From contig NW_015176486.1 in NCBI RefSeq assembly GCF_001447785.1, positions 91,862 through 155,861 on the forward strand: a stretch of DNA of 64,000 nt. The letters run 5' to 3'. The translations under genes were made by a program, and so were the position numbers. This DNA comes from Gekko japonicus (taxonomy: Eukaryota). Within the stretch, counting starts at the first letter, position 1. Every line of letters starts with the position of its first letter. This document shows positions 1-10,728 of this stretch, in pieces. Under the pieces are notes generated by a model. It ran no database searches. It saw nothing but the letters and a program-made list of their open reading frames with translations, and was not told the origin of the DNA.

Positions 1-14
1 GCATCCTGCCAAGC
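1..14 (-). CDS. TTC38: Start of an internal coding exon of tetratricopeptide repeat protein 38 (rest lies left of the window)
   Basis: Minus strand reads tttttctcttttgtgtctcccatag|GCT TGG CAG GAT GC = strong acceptor followed by A-W-Q-D-A, matching the start of TTC38 exon 2 (human ...RDCQ|AWKDA...). Position and orientation fit the TTC38-PKDREJ-CDPF1-PPARA synteny. Only 14 coding nt are visible. Confidence 0.65.
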
Positions 15-1074
15 CTATGGGAGACACAAAAGAGAAAAATGTCTACAATGTTTCTGATGAAGACAAAACATTAATGGAAATTTCGAAGGCGGGGGAGGAA
101 GGGAAGGTGTGCATCTGTGTTTAAAACAAAAACAGAATGGTGGCAGAAATTAAAACACATGCAAAACAAATTTAAGCATACAAAATGTGTTATGCACAGT
201 CCGGCACTGTTAGACGTGAGGCTTTTATTGCTTTTGAGCCTTGTGTAAACCTGCCCTTTGACAGTCCAGAAAACCTGTGTTGTTAACTCTGACAGCCCAG
301 AAGAGTTCTCCATTATGTGCGGATGTGCCAGGAAGCCCCAGGCAATCCCAGCTGTCTGGTAGGTGCACATTTTGTGTGACTCAGCAGCCAGAAACATGTT
401 TTTGCTGCACTCAGCAATAACAGTTCTGTGCGCAGACAATGTGATGTTGCATGTCTCCTTTAAAAACGAGCCCTACCGTTTTTCTTTTACCAAACCACAT
501 TTTCCAATAAAAATGTCACTGTAAAAAAAAGAGAGAGCCCTATTCATGTCTACTCAGTCAGTAGTAAATTCCAGTGTTCTACAACCTTCTGAGATGACAC
601 TTGATAAGTAATGTTTGTTATACTTTCAACTGGAGGTCTTCCATTTTTGCTTCTTCTTCAGAGAATGCCAAAGTGTAACCTGATACCCGCTAGCCACACC
701 CTGTGCCCACTGAAGTCTGCTGAGCATCATCAGCAGGGCAAGAGGCAGGAACACCAGATCCTGAGAGTTGTGTTTCTCTCTCCATTACCCCCTTTTGTTT
801 TGCTTTAACATCTGGCCTAATGAAGACTTCTGGACAAATCAAAAGCTTGCACAATGTGTAAAACCATTCTGGTTGGTCCCAATAAAAAAGTATTATATAA
901 ATTCAGGTGTTGGATTTTACTACCAGTAGTGGCACCGCGAAATCAAAATTATCATATTGTGTTGTGTGGAATAAACAGGAGATCCCTGAGGAGGGAGGGG
1001 ATTATTTGGCTGCTGAAGCTGTAGCTCTTTTTTACGCCACTAGGTGGCGAGCTATGCTTATTTTTAGGCTGAAA

Positions 1075-1392
1075 GTGCTATGACTTGGCTAAGGTCACCC
1101 GGCTAGCTCGGGAATCGAACCAGCTTCTCCAGCTTAGAGTCCATCGCTCTTAACCACTACACCGTTTGTAGTGTAGTGGTTAGGAGTGTGGACTCTAATC
1201 TGGGAGAACTGAGTTTGATTCCCCACTCCTCCACATGCAGCTGTTTCAGAGCTGTTCTAAGAGCTCTCTCCTCCTTACCTACCTCACAGGGTTTCTGCGG
1301 TGGAGAGGAGAAGGGAAAAGAGATTGTAAGCTACTCTGAGACCCCTTCAGGTAGTGAAGGGCAAGGTATAAATCCAATCTCTTCTCTTCTTC
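1075..1392. mobile_element. Head-to-head pair of Squam3-type tRNA-related SINEs (partial minus copy ~1075-1163, plus copy ~1164-1392)
   Basis: gtgtagtggttaggagtgtggactctaatctgggagaac...ataaatccaatctcttctcttcttc; the same family recurs several times in the window. Confidence 0.8.
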
Positions 1393-1859
1393 AAACTGGC
1401 TCTCTTATGGCACCGCAAATCCATTGCCTTAGGCAACCACTTATGGTTAAGACTGAATGTTTTCTGTAGTTTGGATCAGTGTGGTTTTTACAACTAAATT
1501 TTAAATGCAGAGGTGGATTGGCCATTAGGGCCATCAAGAAGAGTCCCATCCAGGCCCAAAGAGAATATCCGGCACAATATCCCAGCCTCAGCCCCGCCCA
1601 GCAACAGACAGGCCAGTCCCAGCCTCACCTTACCCGGCTGACCCGGCAGGATATCCCTCCTTCCTGCAGGGGGGGCTTTTCCTGTCCCCTCTAAACTGTC
1701 CTTGCTTCAGTGGCATAACCAACCACTAGCTTTTATTCCCCCCAGCATTAAGTCAGGCTTTCCCCAAAGCAAGCAGCAAACAATGTAACCCTCTGCAGAG
1801 TTATTCCAGTAACTCTGAAATCAATGGGCTTAGACTGGAATGACGCTGTACAGGATAAC

Positions 1860-2072
1860 GTTTGAGTCCAGCGGCACCTTTAAGACCAACAAAGTTTAAA
1901 TCTGGCTATAAGCTTTCGTGTGCAAGCACCCTTCTTCAGTCTTCTTCCAAAGAAATGTGCATGCACATGAAAGCTTATGCCCAGAATTAAACTGTGTTCA
2001 TCTTAAAGGTGCCCCACTGGACTCAAACTTTGTTCTGTTGCTTAAGACTAACACGGCTGCCCACCTGGATCT
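1860..2072. mobile_element. Penelope-like element terminal fragment in inverted arrangement
   Basis: gtttgagtccagcggcacctttaagaccaac... is mirrored by ...cttaaaggtgccccactggactcaaac; the minus strand carries CTGAAGA...GAAAGCTT hammerhead-type boxes. Confidence 0.6.
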
Positions 2073-2443
2073 GTACAGGATTGTACTGCAATCACTCTGC
2101 AATACCTTGTCTATCCTACTCAAGGTTGATTCAGAAGCTGCTACCCAGAAATGGCTTCAGAAGGCCTTCAAAGGAATCCCATGACCTTTCAGCCACATAT
2201 GTTTGCACACTCTCCCAGAATGCTCTCATGCATCGCTTGCTTGCAGTGTGTTTTGGACTTTATCCTTTTTTTGTACCCAGGCTAGTAACAATGCTGGCAA
2301 TTGCACACAGGGGAAAGTTCAGCCTCTGTAGTCATCTCCAACTGAATTCACTTCAAATCTATGAATCTCATGCTGACTTCTTAAAAGTGTATTAAGAGAA
2401 AGATTTCTCAACAGCCAGGAATGGGGGGGGGGGGGGCGCCTAC

Positions 2444-2473
2444 CTCTTTATCACACTTGTTCACAGAAACCAT
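2444..2473 (-). CDS. TTC38: Candidate first coding segment of TTC38 (MVSVNKCDKE)
   Basis: ATG at 2473-2471, 10 codons, then phase-0 donor GAG|gtaggc compatible with the phase-0 acceptor at 15/14. An upstream acceptor (cactttttgcag) lies near 2516. Similarity to the canonical MAAASPLRDCQ is weak. Confidence 0.3.
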
Positions 2474-2680
2474 TCTTACAGAGGAGGGGACATATCAGAT
2501 TTTAAAATCTGGCTTCTGCAAAAAGTGTGTGCCTTGATTAGTTAGGCAGGTATTAAAAGCGGCTGAGCCGGTTTGCCTCACTGTGATTATTCACACAGTG
2601 ACTACCTGCAACCTAATGCTAGAAGCCTGTGTGGCACCATTGCAGTCCTGGAGAACTGGGGGAAATCTGCAATCTTTTTA

Positions 2681-2972
2681 AAGAAGAAGAAAAAGAAGAA
2701 GAGATTGGATTTATACCCCGCCCTTCACTACCCAAAGGTGTCTCAGAGCGGCTTACAAACTCCTTTCCCTTCCCCTCCCCACAACAGACACCCTGTGAGG
2801 TAGGTGGGGCTAAGAGAGCTCTTGACAGAAACTGCTCTTTTTCAAGGACAGCTCATATCAGAACTACGGCTTGCCCAAGGTCATCCAGCCAGGTGCAAGT
2901 GGAGGAGTGGGGAATCAAACCCGGTTCTCCCAGATTAGAGTCCGCGCACTTAACCACTACACCTAACTGGCT
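2681..2972 (-). mobile_element. Squam3-type SINE
   Basis: (AAG)n tail then gattggatttataccccgccc...taaccactacacc; reverse complement of the 1164-1392 family. Confidence 0.85.
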
Positions 2973-3439
2973 CTCTTTTAAACACACACACACAAACACT
3001 TAGGCTTTTGTGCAGGCAGATCTTCTCACAGATGCAAACTGGCAGGAGGGAAATAAAACAGATGTCTGGTGACACCTTAAAGATGAACAACCTTGATTTC
3101 AGCATGAGCCTTTATGAGCCAGTATTGAAATAAATGGTGCCACTGGACTATTGTTTTATTTTGCTAAAACAGTCTCACAAGATCTGAGTGGACGGCAGCA
3201 TTTCAGAGAGATTCTGGCCAAAGATGCAAAGGGCACACCTGCATACACACGCACACACAGGCTGCAGGAAGGGGGCCATTACTGCCTCCCCAGCAGCTGG
3301 CCCCATTCTCCTTGGCCCAACAGTCTTAGAGAGCATCATCGGTGCACGTTGCGCTTTCAGGAGCAAATGGGAAAGTCCCAGTGACTTAACAATTAAGAAG
3401 GATGCTTTTACACATCTGCCTCCTATTCTGGCAGGGCCA

Positions 3440-3610
3440 CGGTGGATCAGAGTTGCGTGCGCGTCAGTGTTTAGTCATGCCGACCACATGATCACGGAAA
3501 AAGTCTTCGGACAGTGCTGGCTCTTCGGCTTGGAAACTGAGATGAGCACCATCCCCTAAAGTCGGATTCAACTGGCTTTTGAGCAAGGGAAACCTTTACC
3601 CTTACTCTTA
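3440..3610 (+). mobile_element. Sauria-type SINE, 3' portion
   Basis: gtgtttagtcatgccgaccacatga...ggcttggaaactgagatgagcacc...acctttacccttac tail; matches the minus copy at 31460-31809. Confidence 0.75.
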
Positions 3611-3807
3611 TTTTGACATATTTATTGCTTCACTGTTTCCGCCCCTAATTAAGTCCAAACAAACGGTGACCCTATGAGCTTAGCTTGTTATTGGTGTTTT
3701 GTCTTTGCATATGTCAAAACATCTTCATTAAACTGTGTGCTCATTTGTTGTTCATCTATGTAGAGGCATCTGCCTTATATATATGAACCGTTAACTTCCA
3801 CTTCAAT

Positions 3808-3845
3808 GTATCTGAGGAAGTGGGCGTGCACACGAAAGCTCATAC
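3808..3845 (+). ncRNA. Minimal type-I hammerhead ribozyme motif in a Penelope-like fragment
   Basis: gtat CTGAGGA a gtg-ggcgtgca-cac GAAA gc TC atac: stem I gtat/atac, intact CUGANGA and GAAA boxes, palindromic AGCT stem III, CUC cleavage triplet. Confidence 0.55.
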
Positions 3846-3914
3846 CGCGAATAAACCTTTGTTGGTCGTAAAGCCGCCACTGGACTGGACTCCACTCCAA
3901 CTTTGTTCTGCAAG

Positions 3915-4340
3915 GGGGGGAGCGGCCGGTCAACAACAGCAGGTCCCCGGGAGCAGGTCCCGAGTCACCCCGCGGGGAAATAGCCCTTCGACGGGGAACA
4001 GAGGCGCCCCCGACGCCCAGACTCGTCTGCACACCCCAGAGCCGCCCCGCGGAGCCAGATGTTCCCGGCATCGTCCCGCCAGCTGAGGAACCCTCTGGAG
4101 CCCCGTAACGCGGGGCCTGCCAGAGCCCCTCTGGCGGCCCTGCGGCTCGATTCCAGGAGAAGCTCCTCTCCTTTCCCTCCCCGTCCAGCCCCGGAAGAGG
4201 CTCGGCGAAAGGGAGGCGCCTTCTGCCCGCCCAGAGAGCCACGCAGGGGCACCGCCTCGGGGCGCCAGGAGGGCATTTCGGAAGCCCCCGCCCCGCCCCC
4301 GGAGGCCGGCGGGACCGGGGGACGCGCAAGGCTGAGCCGT
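3915..4340 (-). promoter_or_regulatory. CpG island, probable TTC38 promoter / 5' exon
   Basis: Very high GC and CpG density, tandem GC boxes (ccccgccccgcccc ~4286-4300), possible minus-strand donor GG|gtgact near 3969. Confidence 0.6.
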
Positions 4341-4439
4341 TTTTCAATGGCAGCAGGGAGTTCCCCCAAAAAAGCATTTCTGGGGAGAGCAGAGGTGCAT
4401 AGCAGCAGCATCGCTACCTGTTCCACGCGCATCATGTAG

Positions 4440-4904
4440 ATAGAGCAGGTAGAGAGCAGGTAGAGAAAGAGGTACTTTTCTCCCTTTCTCACAATGCAAG
4501 AACTGGTGGGCACTCCATGAAATTGCTGAGCGGTCGGGTTAGAACGGATAAAAGGAAGTCCTTCTTCACCCAAAGAGGGATTAACACTTGGAATTCACTG
4601 CCACAGGAAGTGGTGGCGGCTACAAGCATGGACGGCTTCAAAAGGGAATTAGATAAGCATATGGAGCAGAGGTCCACCAGTGGCTACTAGCCACAAGGTA
4701 AAGATAGGAACTCTCAGGCTGGGGCAAGCTGTGCTCTGTCATCTTGGTGCTTGGGGGGGTCAACAGTGGGAGGGCTTCTCATGTCCTGGCCCCCCTGGTG
4801 GACCTCTTGATGGCACCTGGTATTTCTGGCCACTGTGTGACACAGAGTGTTGGACTGGATGGGCCTTTGGCCTGATCCAACATTGGCGTCTCTTATGTTC
4901 TTAT
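4440..4904 (+). mobile_element. CR1 LINE 3' fragment
   Basis: Typical CR1 ORF2 end and 3' UTR (ggttagaacggataaaaggaag...cttatgttcttat); closely matches the minus copy from 34775. Confidence 0.85.
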
Positions 4905-5319
4905 ACCTGGCATATTAAGCAGAAATCCCGGAACTCCTGCGCTGACTGCTGCATTAGCTAAAGAAAGCAGCTTGAAACTTGGGGAGCTCATAAATCCTCA
5001 AGATTGAGTCCAGCAGCACCTCAGAGACTAACAAAACTTGTGGCGGGGTCAGGGAGCAGCAAGGGCCACGCTGGGAAACCAAAGGGCAAAGTGGGAGGGG
5101 GGGTTGTCCTTGGCGAAGAACGGCGTGTCCCATCGGACTGCCAGGTCCCTCTTCGTCCCCGCCGGGGGACATTGGAAGGGCGTTCCGGAAGGTGGCGGGG
5201 CGTCCCCGAAGCCACGAAGCCCTGCCAGGGAACTTCCCCGCTCTCAGCCCCCGGCTCCTCCAGGGTCCCGCGATACCTCTAGGAGGTCAGGCGCCTTCGA
5301 GGCCGTGCAAGGCTCCGCC

Positions 5320-5505
5320 GGCATCCACACCGCCCCCCCCCACTTCCGTCTCTTTAAGGACGCGGACTTGTGTCCAGAGACGAATGGGAGGGAGGGAGGC
5401 AAGCGGGAGAAGAAGAGAACGGGGTGAGGGAGGGCGCAACCCGCTTCGGAACACAAATCCGCGCCCTTAAAGTGATGGAAGTCCGGGGGGGGCGGGCGGT
5501 GGATT
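5320..5505. mobile_element. Palindromic MITE (PIF/Harbinger-like)
   Basis: Arms ctttaaggacgcggacttgtgtcc (~5352-5375) and ggaacacaaatccgcgcccttaaag (~5448-5472) are inverted; outer ends atccac / gtggat. Confidence 0.55.
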
Positions 5506-5600
5506 CTCGGGTCAACAGGGAAAGGACTTGAGGCGCAGTCGCGGTGGAGAGTCTCTCTCCCCAAAGGGCCCTGCCTGGGTAACCCAGAGAGAGCAACGAC

Positions 5601-6083
5601 CAGGAGCGGATTAACCATTAAGCAGACTAAGCACCTGTTTAGGGCACCAGGGCCAAAGGGAGCACCACAAAGTTGGGGAAAGGGTGAAAAGGAGAAAAAA
5701 AAACAGGAATGAAGATTTGTAAAAAAGAAAAGAAAAGAAAAGATAAAACCAGTGCACATTGATCACGGTGCACCCTAGGGTTATCTTCTATTTTTTGTTG
5801 GCAGTGTCATAGGCTATGTTTAAAAGTAAAATGATGGAGCCAAATTCAGTTGTCATGACAGGCATTTCAATGACCCTCTCTGCCCCTTTTTAATTTCAGT
5901 CAAAAATGAAGCGAGTGGTGTGCAAAAGAGAAAACCTGCAAAAGAGAATGAGCAAAAGAACCTGTCTGTTGCAGCCAAGACAGGAAAGCTGACAGGTGTC
6001 TTCTTACAAACTGCAGAGAAAGGAGGGGGGGGCACCAAGATTGGTCAGTGCTTAGGGCACCAGTGAGCCTTAATCCGCCCCTG
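5601..6083. mobile_element. hAT-like non-autonomous DNA transposon
   Basis: TIRs caggagcggattaa / ttaatccgcccctg; subterminal ttagggcaccag at both ends; degenerate 8-bp TSD gcaacgac / gcagggat. Confidence 0.65.
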
Positions 6084-6269
6084 GCAGGGATGACCACGCT
6101 AGGAAGGCAAAAGGCAAAGGGGGGGGGGGGTTTGGCTCAGGGAAGAACTGCATGTCCCGCCGCTGGGCTGCCAGGTCCCTGCCGGGGGTCATTGGAGGGG
6201 CGTTCCAGAACTTCTCCGCTCCAGCCCCCTCCGCCGGCATCCTTCCCCCCCTCCCGCGTGGAGGTCAGG

Positions 6270-6655
6270 GGCACCCTGCCGGGCCTTCTGGAGCCAAAGA
6301 ACTCCTTGCGTCTGATCTCACAAGGAGCGCCATTGGCCTTTAGGAGGGCAGGTGTGAATTACAAGGCCTGGGGGAGGCAGGGGAACTTTTCGGGGCCATT
6401 TCCCTGCGGTGCACAAGGCGCTGCGGGCCGTGAGATTTTAAAGAGCGCCTTTCCGGGCCTTCTGGAGCCAAAAGAACTCCTCGGGTCTGATGCCGCTCAG
6501 AGATCAGACGTGAGGAGCGCCCTTGGCCACTAGAAGGTCAGGGGCGCATTGCAGGGCCTGGGGGAGGCGGGGGAACTTTTCGCGGCACCTCAGCACCTCC
6601 CGCCGAGCGGTAAAGCCGCTCGGAGATCAGACACACCATTGGCCATTAGGAGGTT
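6270..6655. repeat. Diverged ~180-190 bp tandem repeat, about two units
   Basis: ccgggccttctggagccaaa(a)gaactcct at ~6279 and ~6453; ggcctgggggaggc(a/g)ggggaacttttcg at ~6365 and ~6555. Confidence 0.7.
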
Positions 6656-8094
6656 AGCCCTGTTCTCTGCTCCTCCCGCTTGCCTCCCTCCCATTCGCTC
6701 TTCTGGCCTCAGGGAAGATGGTCCTGGTGTCGGCAGGGGGGCAGGCTTGGCTGGCCCGGGTTGTGCCTGTGCGCCTGCTGTTGACGGGGTGTGTGTGTGT
6801 GTGGTGGGTCTGGAGGTGCCGAGCTTTGCCGCTGTCTTGGCTCCGTGCGGAGCCATGTGCCGCGTGTTGGGGGGGCAGAGGGTGGCTGTGTGCCCTGGCA
6901 GCTGGGTGAAGGGGAGGGTGTTGCGCCTTGGGACCACTTGCTACCGGCGAGAGTGAGGCTTTCCTCCCATGGGAGGACTTCCTTTCCCCGCTTCCTTTCT
7001 GCCCAGAGGTGACGACCGGCCTTTTGCTGCTGGAGGACGGGAGAGTCTCAGGGCTCAAGCTGGGCCGTAAGAGTGAGGGGGGCACAGCTCGGGAAGGAGA
7101 GAAGACCTCGCTGCACGACCGAGCTCAAAGCACTTCTTCCTCCCAGCGGGGGGCCTCTGGGCGGCTTCTCCTGCTGCCTTGCCGGGAGGGCAGGAGAACG
7201 AACGGGGAGGGCTGCAAAGGGCTCCCCAGCCCCTTCCTGGCTCACTTGCCTTGGCGTGCGGGCGAGGAGTGGGCAGGGCCTCTGGGCGGCTGCTGCTGCT
7301 CGCCTCGGAGGTGGCCGGGCGGGGAAAGGTGGCGCGGAGGTCTCCGGAGGTCGTCTGCGCCCACCCGTTGTGCAGGGAGGGTGAGCAAGGCGGCCCTGAC
7401 AGGGAAGGAGAGGGGTTCTCAACCGCCTCCCCTTCCAGTGGCCTGCTCTGGTCTCCCACAGCTGTGGGGAGGGTGAGAGGCAGGCGGCTCCGAGTGGGAA
7501 GGGGAGGCGGCTCCAACCGCGTCTCCCTCCACGGATTTGCTCGGCTTCCCAGCTGCCAGAGCGTCCATCCTGCCCGGTGGCTCCCCACACACTGAGGGTG
7601 AGAGGCTTGTCTGTGGCTCTGTGGACAGGATGAGCCAACACAGCAAGGGAAGCTAGCCAGTGGCCAGGGACCCACCTGTGAGTGACAGTTGAGGCGGCCA
7701 TCTGATTTTGGCGTGAATGAAATCCTGCCACTCCATAGGAGAGATGCCACCCCAAATCAGCTTTATAATATAGAGAGACTAGGGCGGTGGTAGGCAAACT
7801 GCGGCTCTAGAGCCACATGCGGCTCTTTGGCCCCTTGAGTGTGGCTCTTCCGCTGTAGGCGCTGACAGCCAAACAGGCAACCTGTTTGGGGGCCTGTAGA
7901 ATTGGACCCCCTGGTTCAATGTTCCTGAAACATGGTGGGTATCTTGGGAAGAGGCTCCAGCAGCTACCCTGTGATTCTGGAGCCTCTCCCTCAAACCCCC
8001 TCCCCTCCAGCCCCCAGAATACACCCTATGTTTTCGCCATTGACTTCAATGACCCATAGGATATAATGGGGCCGAACTGCGGGAAGCCCCAGCA

Positions 8095-9050
8095 GCCCTC
8101 AGGCCGGAGCACCTGGTTTAGGAGAGCTTCAGCCATGTCTGAAAATGAACACCTGGTGGCAGCCCGATGCAGAGCTGCCAGGAAATTGGAGGCGGTCTTG
8201 TCGGGACCCTGGACTTTCGCAAAAAAGTCCATGTGCTCCACAGACTTCGTGGGTTTGGGAGCTAGGTGGCCGATCAGCGCCTTGATCAAGGATGTATAAG
8301 ACTTGTCTTTGGTCAGCCGGGGTGCTATTAAGTCCTTAAGCAGGAGATGGGCATCCGTCCCACAGTTTCATATCTGGGTCCGTTACGTTGTGGATTGTGA
8401 AGTGGCTCTTGAGGGTCTCTAGCCAAGTTTCCCACTGCAAGGGTTGGGAAATGTCGAAGGCAGGGAGACTCTCAGGTGCGGCACCCATCTTACGGTTCCA
8501 CGAGGAAGCGAATGGCGGGAACTGTGGGGACGGCAGGAACTAGTGAGCGTAGAGAAGGAGCGGTGCGGTGCTGCTCTCGTGATCAGTGGTGCGATGCTCG
8601 GAGCTGGGAGCGGTGCGATGAGCGGCGCTTTTGAAGATGCACACAATGCCGGCGGCGGCGGCGATTTTGGTGCGGCGACTCAAGGCGATGCCCGGAACGT
8701 GGTCTCTGTTCAAGGGGAGATGAATCCCATCCTTGTCGCCAATGAAAAGTACGCAGACGGAGGAGTGATTTCAGTTTAGCGTACTTTATTAGATCAGGAA
8801 CAAGACAAAGTAGCTGGCTTGCAGGCCGGCTTATATCCCCGAAAATCCACCACCCAGAATACCCCCCCACTTCCCAATAGGTCCTAACTAGTGGCCAAGA
8901 GTCCCATAGGCTCTCGGCCCGGAGCCTAGCCCTCTGGTTGGTGTGGGCTAGGATCCACATCGTCCTTTTTTTATCGGAGCGAAGCTTGACGCTTACTCTT
9001 GACCGCGTGGTGCCCAAGCTGACCACGCGGTCGGAACTTGATGCATTACA
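8095..9050 (-). mobile_element. Truncated Gypsy-type LTR retrotransposon: 5' LTR (8743-9050), tRNA-Ser primer-binding site (8722-8741), decayed gag
   Basis: Minus strand: TGTAATG...AATAAA...gtacttttCA t TGGCGACAAGGATGGGATTC (one mismatch to the complement of the tRNA-Ser(GCT) 3' end); gag-like translation QWETWLETLKSHF...LKDLIAP...SYTSLIKALIGHLAPKP...FLAALHRAATRCSF. Confidence 0.85.
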
Positions 9051-9393
9051 GAGAGACACAGCATTGCCATTTGGGATCCAAGTGCATACAATTGTGTACA
9101 ATTGTACCTTTTACTTTAAGGTGTCTTTCATCCCCCCCCCAAAAAAAACAGACAGATTTTTTGCCCAATGTATTTAAGGCGATAGCTCATCGACCAGCAG
9201 AATTTAGAGCACTCTTGGCTTACTACAACGCCATTTTAAACAAGGAAATAGGTAAGAACCACAGCTCTGGTCAGATTGCAACCAGATGAAAGCTTCTGTC
9301 CTGATGTGACTATCATAAAGCATTACTGGGCCAGGGACCATAAGCCTGAGCCGTTCACCCCGGTTCCTCTCTTTTTCCACGTACACCCCTCAG

Positions 9394-9600
9394 CAGTGTT
9401 CCCTCTCAGCTGAGTTAGTGTGAGCTAGCTCAGAGTTTTTTACCCTCCAGCTCACACATTTTTGTCTTAGCTTAGGAAGGGATGGCTCCAGAGCAAACTA
9501 ATTTATGCAGTAGCCAAATCGCTGGCTCACAACTTTAATGCCAGTAGCTCACAAGGTAGAATTCTTGCTCACAAGACTCCACAGCTTAGAGGGAACATTG
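9394..9600. mobile_element. hAT MITE, copy 1
   Basis: TIR cagtgttccctct / agagggaacattg; 8-bp TSD cccctcag / ccccccag. Confidence 0.85.
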
Positions 9601-9888
9601 CCCCCCAGTATAGCAGACTGTCGCCCCCCTCCCTCGACCACTGCTCTCGAAGACTGCACCCCCAGATGTCCCACAAATATTGCCCCCCCGGTTACTTCCT
9701 GCATTTATATCTTCTTCTCTGCCAGCTGTTATGAATTCGACTGTTTGCTTCTCTGATCTTGGAATAAAAATCATTTAAAAAATGACACACTGCAGTTACT
9801 GACTTGTGATTAAAAGGGGCCTTTGACTTGCCACGTGAGCTGTGCGGTTTATGAATGCAGCATGCTGGGGGCTACTTAAGCTCTTGAC

Positions 9889-10094
9889 CAGTGTTCCCTC
9901 TAAACCGAGTTAGTGTGAGCTAGCTCACAGTTTTTTAACCTCTGGCTCACACATTTTTGTCTTCGCTCAGGAAAGATGGCTCCAGAGCAGACTAATCTAT
10001 GCAGTAGCCAAATCGCTCGGTCAGAACTTTCATGCCAGTAGCTCACAAAGGAGACGTTTTGCTCACAAGACTCCACAGCTTAGAGGGAGCACTG
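9889..10094. mobile_element. hAT MITE, copy 2 (same family as 9394-9600)
   Basis: TIR cagtgttccctct / agagggagcactg; 8-bp TSD ctcttgac / ctcttgat. Confidence 0.85.
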
Positions 10095-10465
10095 CTCTTG
10101 ATCAGAGACTGCCAATGGCTTCCGGTGTGTTTTCAAAGATCCCCAAGGCCACGCTGTATGTCGTATGTAGTTATCACCCCTTTGTTCAGGCAGCACAGCA
10201 GGCCGGTGAGAAGGGCTATCCTGGCTTGAGTGTAAAACTACCTGTGTGCCTGTATACTGCCCTCACAGCGGCCTTGTTCTCCCTCGTGCAGCAATTCAGG
10301 GCCCCACCCTCTATGTGAGAGGGAGGATCGTGCCCCAATGACTGTCCTTCCTGCACCTCATTCATTGCTTTGCGGAGAAGGACTCAGTCAAGCCGGGGTG
10401 ACTCACAAAAGTTCCTACCCTGCCAGTGCTACAAAGTTCGTTAGTCTTCAAGGTGCTGTTGGACT

Positions 10466-10728
10466 TGTTATGTACGTGGACCGCCACCAGGGGTCCGCGG
10501 ACATGCCAGAGCTTGGATCCGAGAACAGTGGAAACTTCGGATCCTGGATCCCCCAGCCCCAACCAATAGCCACCTTGGCGGGACATTCAAACCCTCCAAT
10601 GGGAGTGGGGGGGTTGCCGGGTGGATATGTATATAGTTGGCCCTGTTGGCCATTAGAGTTAGTCTTTGTCTGTGTCAAGTACAATAAACGCGTCCGAGTC
10701 CTCCATGCGGCGAACCCAGTACTTTTCA
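10466..10728 (+). mobile_element. Solo LTR (Gypsy-like) inserted in a Penelope-like tail
   Basis: TG...CA termini, perfect 5-bp TSD GGACT (10461-10465, 10729-10733), CCAAT, TATATA (10630), AATAAA (10683); ends in gtacttttca like the 8743 LTR. Confidence 0.85.

Larger units (their letters stand above)
5040..7600. promoter_or_regulatory. Extended CpG-rich region, partly made of transposon fragments; possible alternative minus-strand first exon ending at 7246
   Basis: CpG-rich throughout except the 5650-6050 insert; donor-like caa|gtgagc at 7246/7245 with a GC box near 7316-7325. Confidence 0.4.

Noticed and set aside
5530-5550. Minus-strand R-D-C codons resembling TTC38 exon 1
   Set aside because: Followed by Ala-Ser with no splice donor and no nearby suitable ATG
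3775-7797. Many overlapping 100-250 aa ORFs on both strands
   Set aside because: Low-complexity G/P/R/A translations expected from stop-poor CpG-rich DNA; no recognisable domain
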